From: an uncultured virus (IMG/VR IMGVR_UViG_3300024243_000011) | Taxonomy: Duplodnaviria > Heunggongvirae > Uroviricota > Caudoviricetes | Reading direction: 5' to 3' (one strand) | Length of the DNA stretch: 64,000 nt | Virus record (IMG/VR): IMGVR_UViG_3300024243_000011 | Span: 1-64,000 of that record | Shown: positions 20,599 to 28,186 of the stretch, piece after piece | Layout: every line of letters starts with the position of its first letter | Position numbering within the stretch: position 1 is the first letter of the stretch | Notes under the pieces: generated by a model | Databases searched by the model: none | Told to the model about the DNA's origin: nothing | Seen by the model: only the letters and a program-made list of their open reading frames with translations | Made by a program: the position numbers and the translations under genes

Positions 20599-21237
20599 TT
20601 ACGGGCTTATATGGTAAGCGGAAGAGAAGGTTGAGACAGGAAAGTGTACACAACTAGTTGTTGGTGTTAATCCTGGCCAAATTACTTTATAATAAATTGG
20701 TTTAGATTTTTTATAAATATAGCCAATAACAATTATTGGTCCAACATAGTTTTTATGGGTAATCCACACAACATTATTTATTTTATATTCTGGTTTCATA
20801 TAGTTATTTTATGTCACAAAACAAATAATGTTTATGCATAGGCAAGTGTACATATCTAATTGATGATTTTAATCCTGGCCAAGTTAGTTTATAGTATTGC
20901 AGTTCTATATCTTGATCATCAAAATATGGTTTGTGTGTGGTATAGCCAACAATAATAGCTAGTCCTTTATATGGTGGGTATTGATCATAGTTAATCCATA
21001 TTACATCTCCAGGTTTATATTCTAGTTTTGGTTTCATGTAGTTACTTCTCCTTTTATATGGTGGTTGCCTATGCACCAACAATCTGAATCCATTGTTTTT
21101 ATATCATAAGCGCCATATGGTAAAACATTTGTTATTATTGCAATACCATAATATTTATATCTAATTGGATTTATTGGTGATTGAACATGTATCCATATGG
21201 CATCACCTATTTTATATTTTGGTTTGTTGTTATTCAT
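20599..21237 (-). CDS. three tandem small paralogs (20599-20799, 20804-21082, 21034-21237)
   Basis: YKINNVVWI..YVGPIIV; YKPGDVIWI..YKGLAII; YKIGDAIWI..YYGIAII. Confidence 0.65.
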
Positions 21238-21656
21238 TGTTCCTCAATTACCAAATATTTATTGTTTATTGTTCTCATGAACTTTATTTTATTTTTTCCT
21301 CCCATTATTATTACTGGACCTGTATACTGATCTGATACTAAGAAATTGTTGTTGTGCAGCTTCCCTTTGATATGATAATAAAGTATGTCATTTAGATACC
21401 ATACAAATGTTCCATCAGAATATTCAACAGCAGGACCATCTTCTCTATGATGGTTCCCATTTAGATACCATGATTTTGTTCCATCAGGATATTCAACAGC
21501 AGGACCATCAATTCGATGATGCTTTCCATTTAACCACCATTCTTTATGGCCATTAGAATCTTCAACAGCAGGGCCATCAGTTCGATGAAAATAGCCATTT
21601 AGGTGCCATGATTTTGTTCCATTAGGATGTTCTGTCATTATTGGCTTGTTGCTCAT
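21234..21656 (-). CDS. HRxDGPA repeat protein, copy 3 (three repeats)
   Basis: HRTDGPA, HRIDGPA, HREDGPA plus conserved tail. Confidence 0.8.
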   Translation of the reverse strand: MSNKPIMTEHPNGTKSWHLNGYFHRTDGPAVEDSNGHKEWWLNGKHHRIDGPAVEYPDGTKSWYLNGNHHREDGPAVEYSDGTFVWYLNDILYYHIKGKLHNNNFLVSDQYTGPVIIMGGKNKIKFMRTINNKYLVIEEQ

Positions 21657-21680
21657 GATTCCTCCCTTTCAACTGACAAC

Positions 21681-21711
21681 AATATACCACAACCAACTTC
21701 ATTTGTTAACC
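21681..21711 (-). promoter_or_regulatory. GGTTAACA-N17 promoter element (divergent pair, left)
   Basis: minus strand ggttaaca aatgaagttggttgtgg tatatt. Confidence 0.8.
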
Positions 21712-21751
21712 TATTTCAAGAAATATTTTATTAAAAAAAGTTTATTTATGG

Positions 21752-21782
21752 GGTTAACAAACGGGATAGTTTGTGGTATAAG
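21752..21782 (+). promoter_or_regulatory. GGTTAACA-N17 promoter element (divergent pair, right)
   Basis: ggttaaca aacgggatagtttgtgg tataag. Confidence 0.8.
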
Positions 21783-21807
21783 GGTGTTGAAGGAGGGAGA
21801 AAATAAA

Positions 21808-22062
21808 ATGAGCCAACCAAAATATAAGTTAGGAGACATAGTTTGGGTTAAAACGGATAATACTAATTATCCTGAAGATCTTACTGATCATAACAATAAC
21901 AATAAGATATATTATCAATTAGCAAGGATACAAAATTGGTATTTAAGGGAAAAGGAAGTTTCAGATAAATCTTTTACTATATATACAGTTAAATATTGTT
22001 GCAATACTTTTTTGTTGAACAATGTTTCAGAGATGGAAATACTGAGGAAGGAGGACATTTAA
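21808..22062 (+). CDS. small paralog-family protein (start revised to ATG 21808)
   Basis: aggaggg RBS; MSQPKYKLGDIVWVK..VSEMEI. Confidence 0.65.
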   Translation: MSQPKYKLGDIVWVKTDNTNYPEDLTDHNNNNKIYYQLARIQNWYLREKEVSDKSFTIYTVKYCCNTFLLNNVSEMEILRKEDI

Positions 22063-22326
22063 ATGCTAACACAGAAGATTTTTAATCCTGTTGATTATTA
22101 TTTTGAATGGACTGATGATGGATGGTATGAGTGGGATCGAAGGGCGGCTCACACAATGGCTCTTAAGGATCGGAACAAGAAAGTAAGGGAGCTAAGAGGG
22201 AAAGGACACAAGGTTTCAGTCTTCAGTCTTTCAGGCCAGTTAATTACAAAGGGTGGAATTGGAACTGGGAAGCCTCAAGTAGAGTTTGTTGTTAATTGTT
22301 ATGGTTACAATATGTGGGGAAAATAA
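22063..22326 (+). CDS. hypothetical protein
   Basis: aggagg RBS, 87 aa. Confidence 0.65.
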   Translation: MLTQKIFNPVDYYFEWTDDGWYEWDRRAAHTMALKDRNKKVRELRGKGHKVSVFSLSGQLITKGGIGTGKPQVEFVVNCYGYNMWGK

Positions 22327-22327
22327 A

Positions 22328-22678
22328 ATGATTATTAATGGAAAAGAGTATCCAACAGTGTACCCAACTAAGGAAGATGTTGTTTATAATTATAAGGTGG
22401 GTGACATTATTTATTTTAAGGTATTAAATGACAGTATTTATATTGAAGTGGTTAACCTTGTTAATGATAAGATATTATCTCCTGGCAGAAGAATTAGTAG
22501 AGAAGGAGATTTTTATGTTTTAGATTCTCCTCGTTGTCTCATAGGTATAATTGATTTTTGTGATTATGTTAATGAATGTGATTATTATTATCCTGTTTAC
22601 ACTGTTGTTACGCTTAATGATAAGCAATCAATCAATGTTTCAGAATTAGAGATTGTAGAAAGGGTTGAGGCTTCATGA
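22328..22678 (+). CDS. small paralog-family protein
   Basis: YKVGDIIYFK..IGII..VSELEI. Confidence 0.55.
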   Translation: MIINGKEYPTVYPTKEDVVYNYKVGDIIYFKVLNDSIYIEVVNLVNDKILSPGRRISREGDFYVLDSPRCLIGIIDFCDYVNECDYYYPVYTVVTLNDKQSINVSELEIVERVEAS

Positions 22679-23061
22679 ACAACAAGCCAACAATGACAGA
22701 ACATTCTAATGGAACAAAACATTGGCTTTTAAATGAAAAACTTCATCGAGAAGATGGTCCTGCAATAGTTCGGCCTAATGGAACAAAGGCATGGTATCTA
22801 AATGGAAAACGTCATCGAGAAGATGGGCCTGCTATTGAAAGTCTATATAAAAGAAAAGAATGGTGGTTGAATGGAAAGTGTTATTGTGATATTATCAAAG
22901 GAAAGTTGCATAACAACAATTTCCTGGTATCAGATCGATATATAGGACTAGTAATAATAATGGGGGGAAAAGAAAGAGTAAGGTTCATGAAGACAACAAA
23001 CAACAAATATTTTGTAATTGAGGAAAATAATACTTCAGAAGTGGTTAACAAACAGGGTTGA
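22675..23061 (+). CDS. HRxDGPA repeat protein, copy 4
   Basis: two HREDGPA repeats plus conserved tail; C-terminus SEVVNK read through the promoter repeat. Confidence 0.8.
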   Translation: MNNKPTMTEHSNGTKHWLLNEKLHREDGPAIVRPNGTKAWYLNGKRHREDGPAIESLYKRKEWWLNGKCYCDIIKGKLHNNNFLVSDRYIGLVIIMGGKERVRFMKTTNNKYFVIEENNTSEVVNKQG

Positions 23062-23073
23062 TTGTGTTATAGT
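23043..23073 (+). promoter_or_regulatory. GGTTAACA-N17 promoter element (P1 of non-coding locus)
   Basis: ggttaaca aacagggttgattgtgt tatagt. Confidence 0.8.
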
Positions 23074-23161
23074 GGTTTCAGAGATTGACAGAAAGAGAGT
23101 TCTTTGACAATAAGGGGGGAAAGAAAAAGAGACAAAAAAAATAAAATTAATTTCAAAAAGT

Positions 23162-23192
23162 GGTTAACAGAATGGTCAAAGTGTGTTATAGT
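23162..23192 (+). promoter_or_regulatory. GGTTAACA-N17 promoter element (P2 of non-coding locus)
   Basis: ggttaaca gaatggtcaaagtgtgt tatagt. Confidence 0.8.
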
Positions 23193-23353
23193 GGTTTTGT
23201 TGATAACGGAGGCCGTCGCTCATTGATAATTTAAAAACGTTAATAATAAAACAAAGAAGGAGGGATATTTATTTTGATTGTTTAAAATTTTATTATAAAG
23301 ACTTGACAGACTTGGTATTAGCATTATATTAAACAGAAGGGAAACATTAGATG

Positions 23354-23608
23354 AATAGAATTCGAGATCAGACTTAAAAGGTAAATTATATTTAAATTTA
23401 ATTAGATGTTTGATTTGATTGTTAGTTGTTTGATAATAAAATATATAAATAATAATTTAAAATAAAAGGTTAAAACATAATGATTAATAATAGAATTCGA
23501 GATGGCCCTTGACAATAAATAAACCGAAAGTTTGATTATATAAAATTTAGCATGGAGAAAATAAATTAATGAGTAATATTAGAATTAGAGATGTGCCTTG
23601 ACAATAAA
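23354..23608 (+). repeat. three AGAATT(C/A)GAGAT repeats (23354, 23489, 23578), two extended by ccttgacaataaa
   Basis: aatagaattcgagat x2 and attagaattagagat. Confidence 0.8.
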
Positions 23609-23611
23609 ATA

Positions 23612-23834
23612 AAAGTTCTTGGTTGGCTGTAATAGTAAAGTGAGCATGTGTTCATGACACCAACAAGAAGATCCTCTATGTGTTGTTCATTGTTAATGTA
23701 TTATTGTCACTGTTTTTCTGAAAATTTAGGGGAGTTTTTAGAAGTGACAAAAGTGATGTCAATAGCTTTCCTCCTTTCGTTATTGACATCTAGTTCTTAT
23801 CAGGGGCCAACGTTCATTGTTGGCCCTTTTTTTT
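23612..23834 (+). ncRNA. candidate structured small RNA with anti-Shine-Dalgarno loop
   Basis: consecutive hairpins ttcttggttgg/ccaacaagaa, ttgtcact/agtgacaa, gatgtcaata/tattgacatc (loop tttcctcctttc), then an intrinsic terminator; 5' end uncertain. Confidence 0.55.
23804..23834 (+). terminator. Rho-independent terminator
   Basis: gggccaac-gttcatt-gttggccc followed by T8. Confidence 0.9.
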
Positions 23835-23870
23835 ATAAGGGAGATAAAAATAAAATTAATCTTCAAAAAT

Positions 23871-23901
23871 GGTTAACAAGCAGAGTTGTTTATGATATAG
23901 T
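23871..23901 (+). promoter_or_regulatory. GGTTAACA-N17 promoter element
   Basis: ggttaaca agcagagttgtttatga tatagt. Confidence 0.8.
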
Positions 23902-23938
23902 GTGGTTATGTTCAGTTGATAACAACAAAAGGGAGGTC

Positions 23939-24088
23939 ATGATGATTGGAAAGGAAGTAAGGGCAATTGTGGGTTCTTCATTTACTTCTTATCGATCTGT
24001 GATGGTTGATCGTGCAACGAAGGGAAAGGTCAAACTAACCTTCCAGTATGTGAGTACGTTTGGCAAGGATAAAAGGGGAGAGGAATAA
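23939..24088 (+). CDS. 49-aa hypothetical protein (own promoter cassette)
   Basis: gggagg RBS then ATG 23939; ends in 45-bp repeat. Confidence 0.55.
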   Translation: MMIGKEVRAIVGSSFTSYRSVMVDRATKGKVKLTFQYVSTFGKDKRGEE

Positions 24089-24111
24089 AAAATAAAAAAC
24101 TTTCAAAAAGT

Positions 24112-24142
24112 GGTTAACAAACAAAGTTGTTTATGATATAGT
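24112..24142 (+). promoter_or_regulatory. GGTTAACA-N17 promoter element
   Basis: ggttaaca aacaaagttgtttatga tatagt. Confidence 0.8.
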
Positions 24143-24188
24143 GTGGTTATGTTCGGTTGCAGTTGACAACAACAAGAAGGAGAAACCG

Positions 24189-24461
24189 ATGGAAAGCATA
24201 ACTGAGAAAGAGAGGAAAGTTCTTCAGGGTATTATTACTAATGATTTTCAGGATGCCGCAACTGGAACTGAGGCTGTGATTATGAATGATATTTGGGTTG
24301 ATTGCCTGGAAGATTCCACAGGAGATATTCGGGGAAAAATTTTGTCTGGTGTGGTTTCTAGCCTTTCTAAAAAAGGCCTTGTCTGGACTGATGGGGAAGG
24401 TATCGCAATAACTAAGGAGGGATGGACCGTTCTGAACTCAACGAATAGCGAAGAGGAATAA
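24189..24461 (+). CDS. putative winged-helix protein (start revised to ATG 24189)
   Basis: ITEKERKVL...LSGVVSSLSKKGLV....I.ITKEG wHTH-like pattern. Confidence 0.55.
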   Translation: MESITEKERKVLQGIITNDFQDAATGTEAVIMNDIWVDCLEDSTGDIRGKILSGVVSSLSKKGLVWTDGEGIAITKEGWTVLNSTNSEEE

Positions 24462-24484
24462 AAAATAAAAAACTTTCAAAAAGT

Positions 24485-24515
24485 GGTTAACAAACAGGAG
24501 GAAGTGTGATATAAA
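24485..24515 (+). promoter_or_regulatory. GGTTAACA-N17 promoter element
   Basis: ggttaaca aacaggaggaagtgtga tataaa. Confidence 0.75.
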
Positions 24516-24572
24516 GGTTTCGAAATAAAGGTTGGTAAGTTTAAATTCTAGACGGTTAAAAGGAGGTTTATT

Positions 24573-25718
24573 GTGGCAAAGCTTAACGTAAAATCAGCAC
24601 TGAAGGTTCTTGATAATCTGCCGAAAGAGCAGGCCGTTCTCGTTGATGGCCCTCATGGTATTGGCAAGAGTACTATCTTTAGAGATCTTGCAAAGAAGAG
24701 AAATGCACATTTTATCGATATGCGGCTCTCACAGGTTGAGTATGTAGATCTGATTGGTATGCCTCAGTCTGTTAATGGAGAAATGATCTACTCGTCCCCT
24801 TGGTGGCGACGGGAGATTGAGGCATGTGCAGAGAGAGGACAGAACGTTGTTCTCCTTCTTGATGAGATTAACCGTGCTCATCGTGATGTTCTCCAGTCAG
24901 TGTTTCAGTTGATTCTGGATCGTCGTATCCAGGATTGGGCACTTCCATCCAACGTTGACGTGTGGGTGTATGGTGCAGTCAACATGGGTGATGACTATGA
25001 CGTGTCTATGATGGACCCTGCACTGTTGGATCGTTTCTATCGGTTTACCCTTGAGCCATCACCGGCAGAGTGGCTGAGGTGGTCAAAGAGCGTTGGTATC
25101 CATCGTGCAATTCACATGTTCATTGAAAAGAACCATAACTATTTGTATTTCACTGGCACGCCTGAAGAGGGCCGGATTTATCCTTCTCCTCGTTCATGGG
25201 CTATGCTTTCTAATTGTATGAATCTAAACAAAAAACTTGTTGACGATCATCATGCTCTTACTCTTCTCTCAATGGGTTTTGTTGGTGAAGAAGGGGCAAC
25301 TAGGTTTGTTGACTTTGTAAAGAAGGAGTTTAATCAAATGACAGCAAAAGACATTCTTGAAAAATGGAAGGACCGGGGGCAGGATATTACTGAACTGGTA
25401 ACTGATGATGTGGTTGAGGCTTCAACTCTCATGGATCAGTGCATTGAGTTTTTCCGTGCAAAGGGAGAGGATGGGGTTAAGCCTCGTCACATTAAGAACT
25501 TTACTGAGTATATGTTGATTGTCCCACTGGATGTGATCAACTATGCATGGCAGGCTCTCCAGGAGTACACTGAGGATGGTGGTGACGTAAAGAACATCAA
25601 CTTTGTGGCCTCAAAGCTTGGTGATGATGAGCGGATCAGGACTAGGGTGGTGGAAGCCAATAGCGAGTGGATCAGGGAAGAGCAGGAGAAAGTAAAGAAG
25701 GGTGCCGAGGGCGAATAA
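24573..25718 (+). CDS. MoxR-like AAA+ ATPase
   Basis: Walker A GPHGIGKS, DLIGMP, Walker B LLLDEINRA, MDPALLDRF, SPRSW. Confidence 0.92.
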   Translation: MAKLNVKSALKVLDNLPKEQAVLVDGPHGIGKSTIFRDLAKKRNAHFIDMRLSQVEYVDLIGMPQSVNGEMIYSSPWWRREIEACAERGQNVVLLLDEINRAHRDVLQSVFQLILDRRIQDWALPSNVDVWVYGAVNMGDDYDVSMMDPALLDRFYRFTLEPSPAEWLRWSKSVGIHRAIHMFIEKNHNYLYFTGTPEEGRIYPSPRSWAMLSNCMNLNKKLVDDHHALTLLSMGFVGEEGATRFVDFVKKEFNQMTAKDILEKWKDRGQDITELVTDDVVEASTLMDQCIEFFRAKGEDGVKPRHIKNFTEYMLIVPLDVINYAWQALQEYTEDGGDVKNINFVASKLGDDERIRTRVVEANSEWIREEQEKVKKGAEGE

Positions 25719-25736
25719 ACAACAAGCAGTTCTTTG

Positions 25737-25763
25737 GGGGGCGCAATGCCCCCTTACTTATTT
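25737..25763 (+). terminator. probable intrinsic terminator
   Basis: gggggc-gcaat-gccccc followed by T-rich tract after the ATPase gene. Confidence 0.6.
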
Positions 25764-25797
25764 CTTTGGTAATAACAATCAACAATGAGGTTGTCTT

Positions 25798-26322
25798 ATG
25801 GGAAGACTAAAAGGTACAATTAACAAAAAGACTCTTGCAAAGAAAGCAATTGCATATTCTTTAGGGGACATAAAAAAGCTTTCAGAAAGCATATTGAATA
25901 AAATGTATCGCAATAATATTATTGATGAGAACACAGACAAGCCAACCAGTGATTGTTATAAGTTAATGTCACTTGAAGAATATAAGAATATTAAATCAGG
26001 CAAGAAGAAGAAAAAGCAACAAGAGGCAACGGAAACAACAAACATCACAAAGTACTTCTTTTATAAAACAAGCAATCTAAAGAAGTTTGGCACAAAAAAA
26101 TATATTTGGAAAATGGTTGATCGAGACTATGGACTTCAGGTTCATGGCATCAATGAGATAGAAGCAAAGTTATTTGCAAAGCATATTAATTGCATAATAT
26201 ACGCTGAAGAGCTTATGGGTAATAAAAAAGAAAAGTTTTATTGTTTCAAAAAACAGTATTCAAATATGATATCAGCAAGAAAGTGGGCGAAGCAATCAGG
26301 CTTTGAGTTTATAAAGGAGTGA
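25798..26322 (+). CDS. basic hypothetical protein
   Basis: MGRLKGT.NKKT AT-hook-like start. Confidence 0.55.
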   Translation: MGRLKGTINKKTLAKKAIAYSLGDIKKLSESILNKMYRNNIIDENTDKPTSDCYKLMSLEEYKNIKSGKKKKKQQEATETTNITKYFFYKTSNLKKFGTKKYIWKMVDRDYGLQVHGINEIEAKLFAKHINCIIYAEELMGNKKEKFYCFKKQYSNMISARKWAKQSGFEFIKE

Positions 26323-26349
26323 GACAACAAGCAACAAACACTTGGTAAT
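26322..26349 (+). pseudogene. 3' relic of an HRxDGPA-family gene
   Basis: caacaaacacttggtaat (26332-26349) identical to 17246-17263; reads TTSNKHLVI. Confidence 0.55.
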
Positions 26350-26522
26350 ATCTAAACCTAAAAAACGATCTAACAATTAAGGCCCATTGACATCAATACC
26401 CTTGACAATCAATTTATTTTACAATCAAATGTCGGAAACTAGTTTATAGACAGCAAAATCCATGCTACCATTAAAAACAACTTAACAGACACAGCAACCC
26501 AGGGGGTAGACAAAAAAACATT

Positions 26523-27005
26523 ATGGGAAAAATAAAAAGAAATACAACAAAGAATAAAGAAAAAGAATTACAAAATAACAATAAACAACATATAGAAGAT
26601 ACACAAAAAGAATCAACAAAGAATAAAGAAAAAGATTCTGTTGAACAAGAAGATTGCAATAAGAACAACAAAGAGAAAGGGGATCAAAAAAAAGATATTA
26701 ATACTTTAGATAATATCCAACATGAACTACAAAATGCAATAGGCCTTGTCAAATCATTAGAATCAAAATATAAAGAAGCAAGGTATAAAGAAGATGAACC
26801 AAAAAGATTACTATTCAGTTATATTATAGATAACTTGCTCCCAGAAGAAAATAGAACAAAAGAAAAGTTACATGATGAACTTAGTACTTATGGACAAGAA
26901 GTATTCTATAAAAAAGATACATTACATAATAAGCTATTCATGGTCGCAGAAAACCTATTAAGCTTTATTAAGTTAAATAAAGAAAGAATATTTAAGGATA
27001 ATTAA
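26523..27005 (+). CDS. hypothetical protein
   Basis: ORF, low-complexity N-terminus. Confidence 0.55.
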   Translation: MGKIKRNTTKNKEKELQNNNKQHIEDTQKESTKNKEKDSVEQEDCNKNNKEKGDQKKDINTLDNIQHELQNAIGLVKSLESKYKEARYKEDEPKRLLFSYIIDNLLPEENRTKEKLHDELSTYGQEVFYKKDTLHNKLFMVAENLLSFIKLNKERIFKDN

Positions 27006-27007
27006 TC

Positions 27008-27286
27008 ATGAGCACTATCTTATGGCTATTATTAATATTGTTTGTTGCGTTCTTAGGAACATTTCAATTATTAGCATTAATGTTTATTATAATGTTCTTA
27101 GTAGCATGTACACCAGCAATTGTTGTGTTGACTATTGGAATATACTTAACAATAAAGATAGGTGGGTTCATTGGTGCATTGTTGGTAATATTAACATTGT
27201 TTGGTGCAGGGTTTGTAACTTATCATTGGTTCGAAAGTGGAGCAGTTGATGCAATTACAAAGACCCTTGGTATGGACAATTGGTAA
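27008..27286 (+). CDS. hydrophobic membrane protein
   Basis: nearly entirely hydrophobic, 2-3 TM segments. Confidence 0.6.
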   Translation: MSTILWLLLILFVAFLGTFQLLALMFIIMFLVACTPAIVVLTIGIYLTIKIGGFIGALLVILTLFGAGFVTYHWFESGAVDAITKTLGMDNW

Positions 27287-27540
27287 AAGAAATAAAAAAA
27301 TGGAACAAAGGTGATATTGTTTGGGTCAAAGTAAATACTTATATGTGTGGATCAGAAAGCGAAAAGAGATATGATAACCCTCCTCTATATAAAGGACCAG
27401 CAATTATTGTCAGTGTTAATTACAATTTAAGTTATAGGCCTATATATAGAATCAAAACAATGTATGATCGCAATGTCTTGTACAATTATAATTATAGAAT
27501 AACAGAAGAAAATATATTGTACAAGATACCCCAAGGTTAA
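27280..27540 (+). CDS. small paralog-family protein
   Basis: NKGDIVWVK..YKGPAII..ITEENILYKI. Confidence 0.65.
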   Translation: MVKEIKKWNKGDIVWVKVNTYMCGSESEKRYDNPPLYKGPAIIVSVNYNLSYRPIYRIKTMYDRNVLYNYNYRITEENILYKIPQG

Positions 27541-27630
27541 CATTGTAGTAATAATAGTAAAAAAAAATGTATTTAATGTTATATATAATATATATATTAT
27601 TATATTAACATTTTCAACGGAGGTTAAGCA

Positions 27631-28041
27631 ATGAAAAACAAATTTAAATCTATAGTAAAGAATATTATTAAAGAAGAGACTAGAAAGCTTATAAAGGAGG
27701 CTAGCTATAAAGATTTAACAGATGAAGAGAAAGACTTTTACAACACAACAAAAGGCCTTAATCGTGGTAAAGTTATTAAAGTTAACTTTCCCGCAACTAC
27801 CATTAAAACTAAACTTGGCTGGGGATCAGGCACCACACCATCTATACCAGACATGTCTAACCTGTTAGATTTATATTGGAATAACGTTAAAGATGAGGTG
27901 CTTAATAGCATATTAAATTCATCTGAGTATTTAAATTATGAAGATCAACTTAAAGATATATCTAGAGAAGTAGGAGATAATGAAAGGTTCTGGGATTTTG
28001 TTAATAAGACTGGCCCTTGTCCTTCTGGCAATTGTGGCTAA
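27631..28041 (+). CDS. hypothetical protein with IIKEE/LIKE motifs
   Basis: ggagg RBS; MKNKFKSIVKNIIKEETRKLIKE. Confidence 0.65.
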   Translation: MKNKFKSIVKNIIKEETRKLIKEASYKDLTDEEKDFYNTTKGLNRGKVIKVNFPATTIKTKLGWGSGTTPSIPDMSNLLDLYWNNVKDEVLNSILNSSEYLNYEDQLKDISREVGDNERFWDFVNKTGPCPSGNCG

Positions 28042-28095
28042 CCAACCCTTCCTTCCAATATATCTGCATATACAATAAAATTAATTCTTAAAAAT

Positions 28096-28126
28096 GGTTA
28101 ACAAATCAAGGTACTTATGGTATAGT
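28096..28126 (+). promoter_or_regulatory. GGTTAACA-N17 promoter element
   Basis: ggttaaca aatcaaggtacttatgg tatagt. Confidence 0.8.
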
Positions 28127-28186
28127 ATGATTGCAAGTCAGGGATAAGTACTTGACAATAAAAGAAAGGGGGGGGAAAAAAAGAAA

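Larger units (their letters stand above)
20289..21693. repeat. 59-bp perfect direct repeat (20289-20347 and 21635-21693) covering promoter -10, RBS and gene start
   Basis: tcattattggcttgttgctcatgattcctccctttcaactgacaacaatataccacaac in both places. Confidence 0.9.
24079..24496. repeat. 45-bp perfect direct repeat (24079-24123 and 24452-24496) flanking one gene
   Basis: agaggaataaaaaataaaaaactttcaaaaagtggttaacaaaca twice. Confidence 0.9.

Noticed and set aside
16993..23061. Diversity-generating retroelement (TR/VR) among HRxDGPA copies
   Set aside because: Differences between copies are not confined to adenines and no reverse transcriptase is in the window.
23354..23608. CRISPR mini-array
   Set aside because: Only three short degenerate repeats with irregular 89-135 bp spacing; no cas genes.
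23648..23938. N-terminal part of the 146-aa ORF 23648-24088
   Set aside because: It runs through hairpins, a terminator and a promoter; the real start is probably ATG 23939 behind gggagg.
27535..27565. Additional GGTTAACA promoter copy
   Set aside because: No -10 hexamer at the 17-nt spacing.
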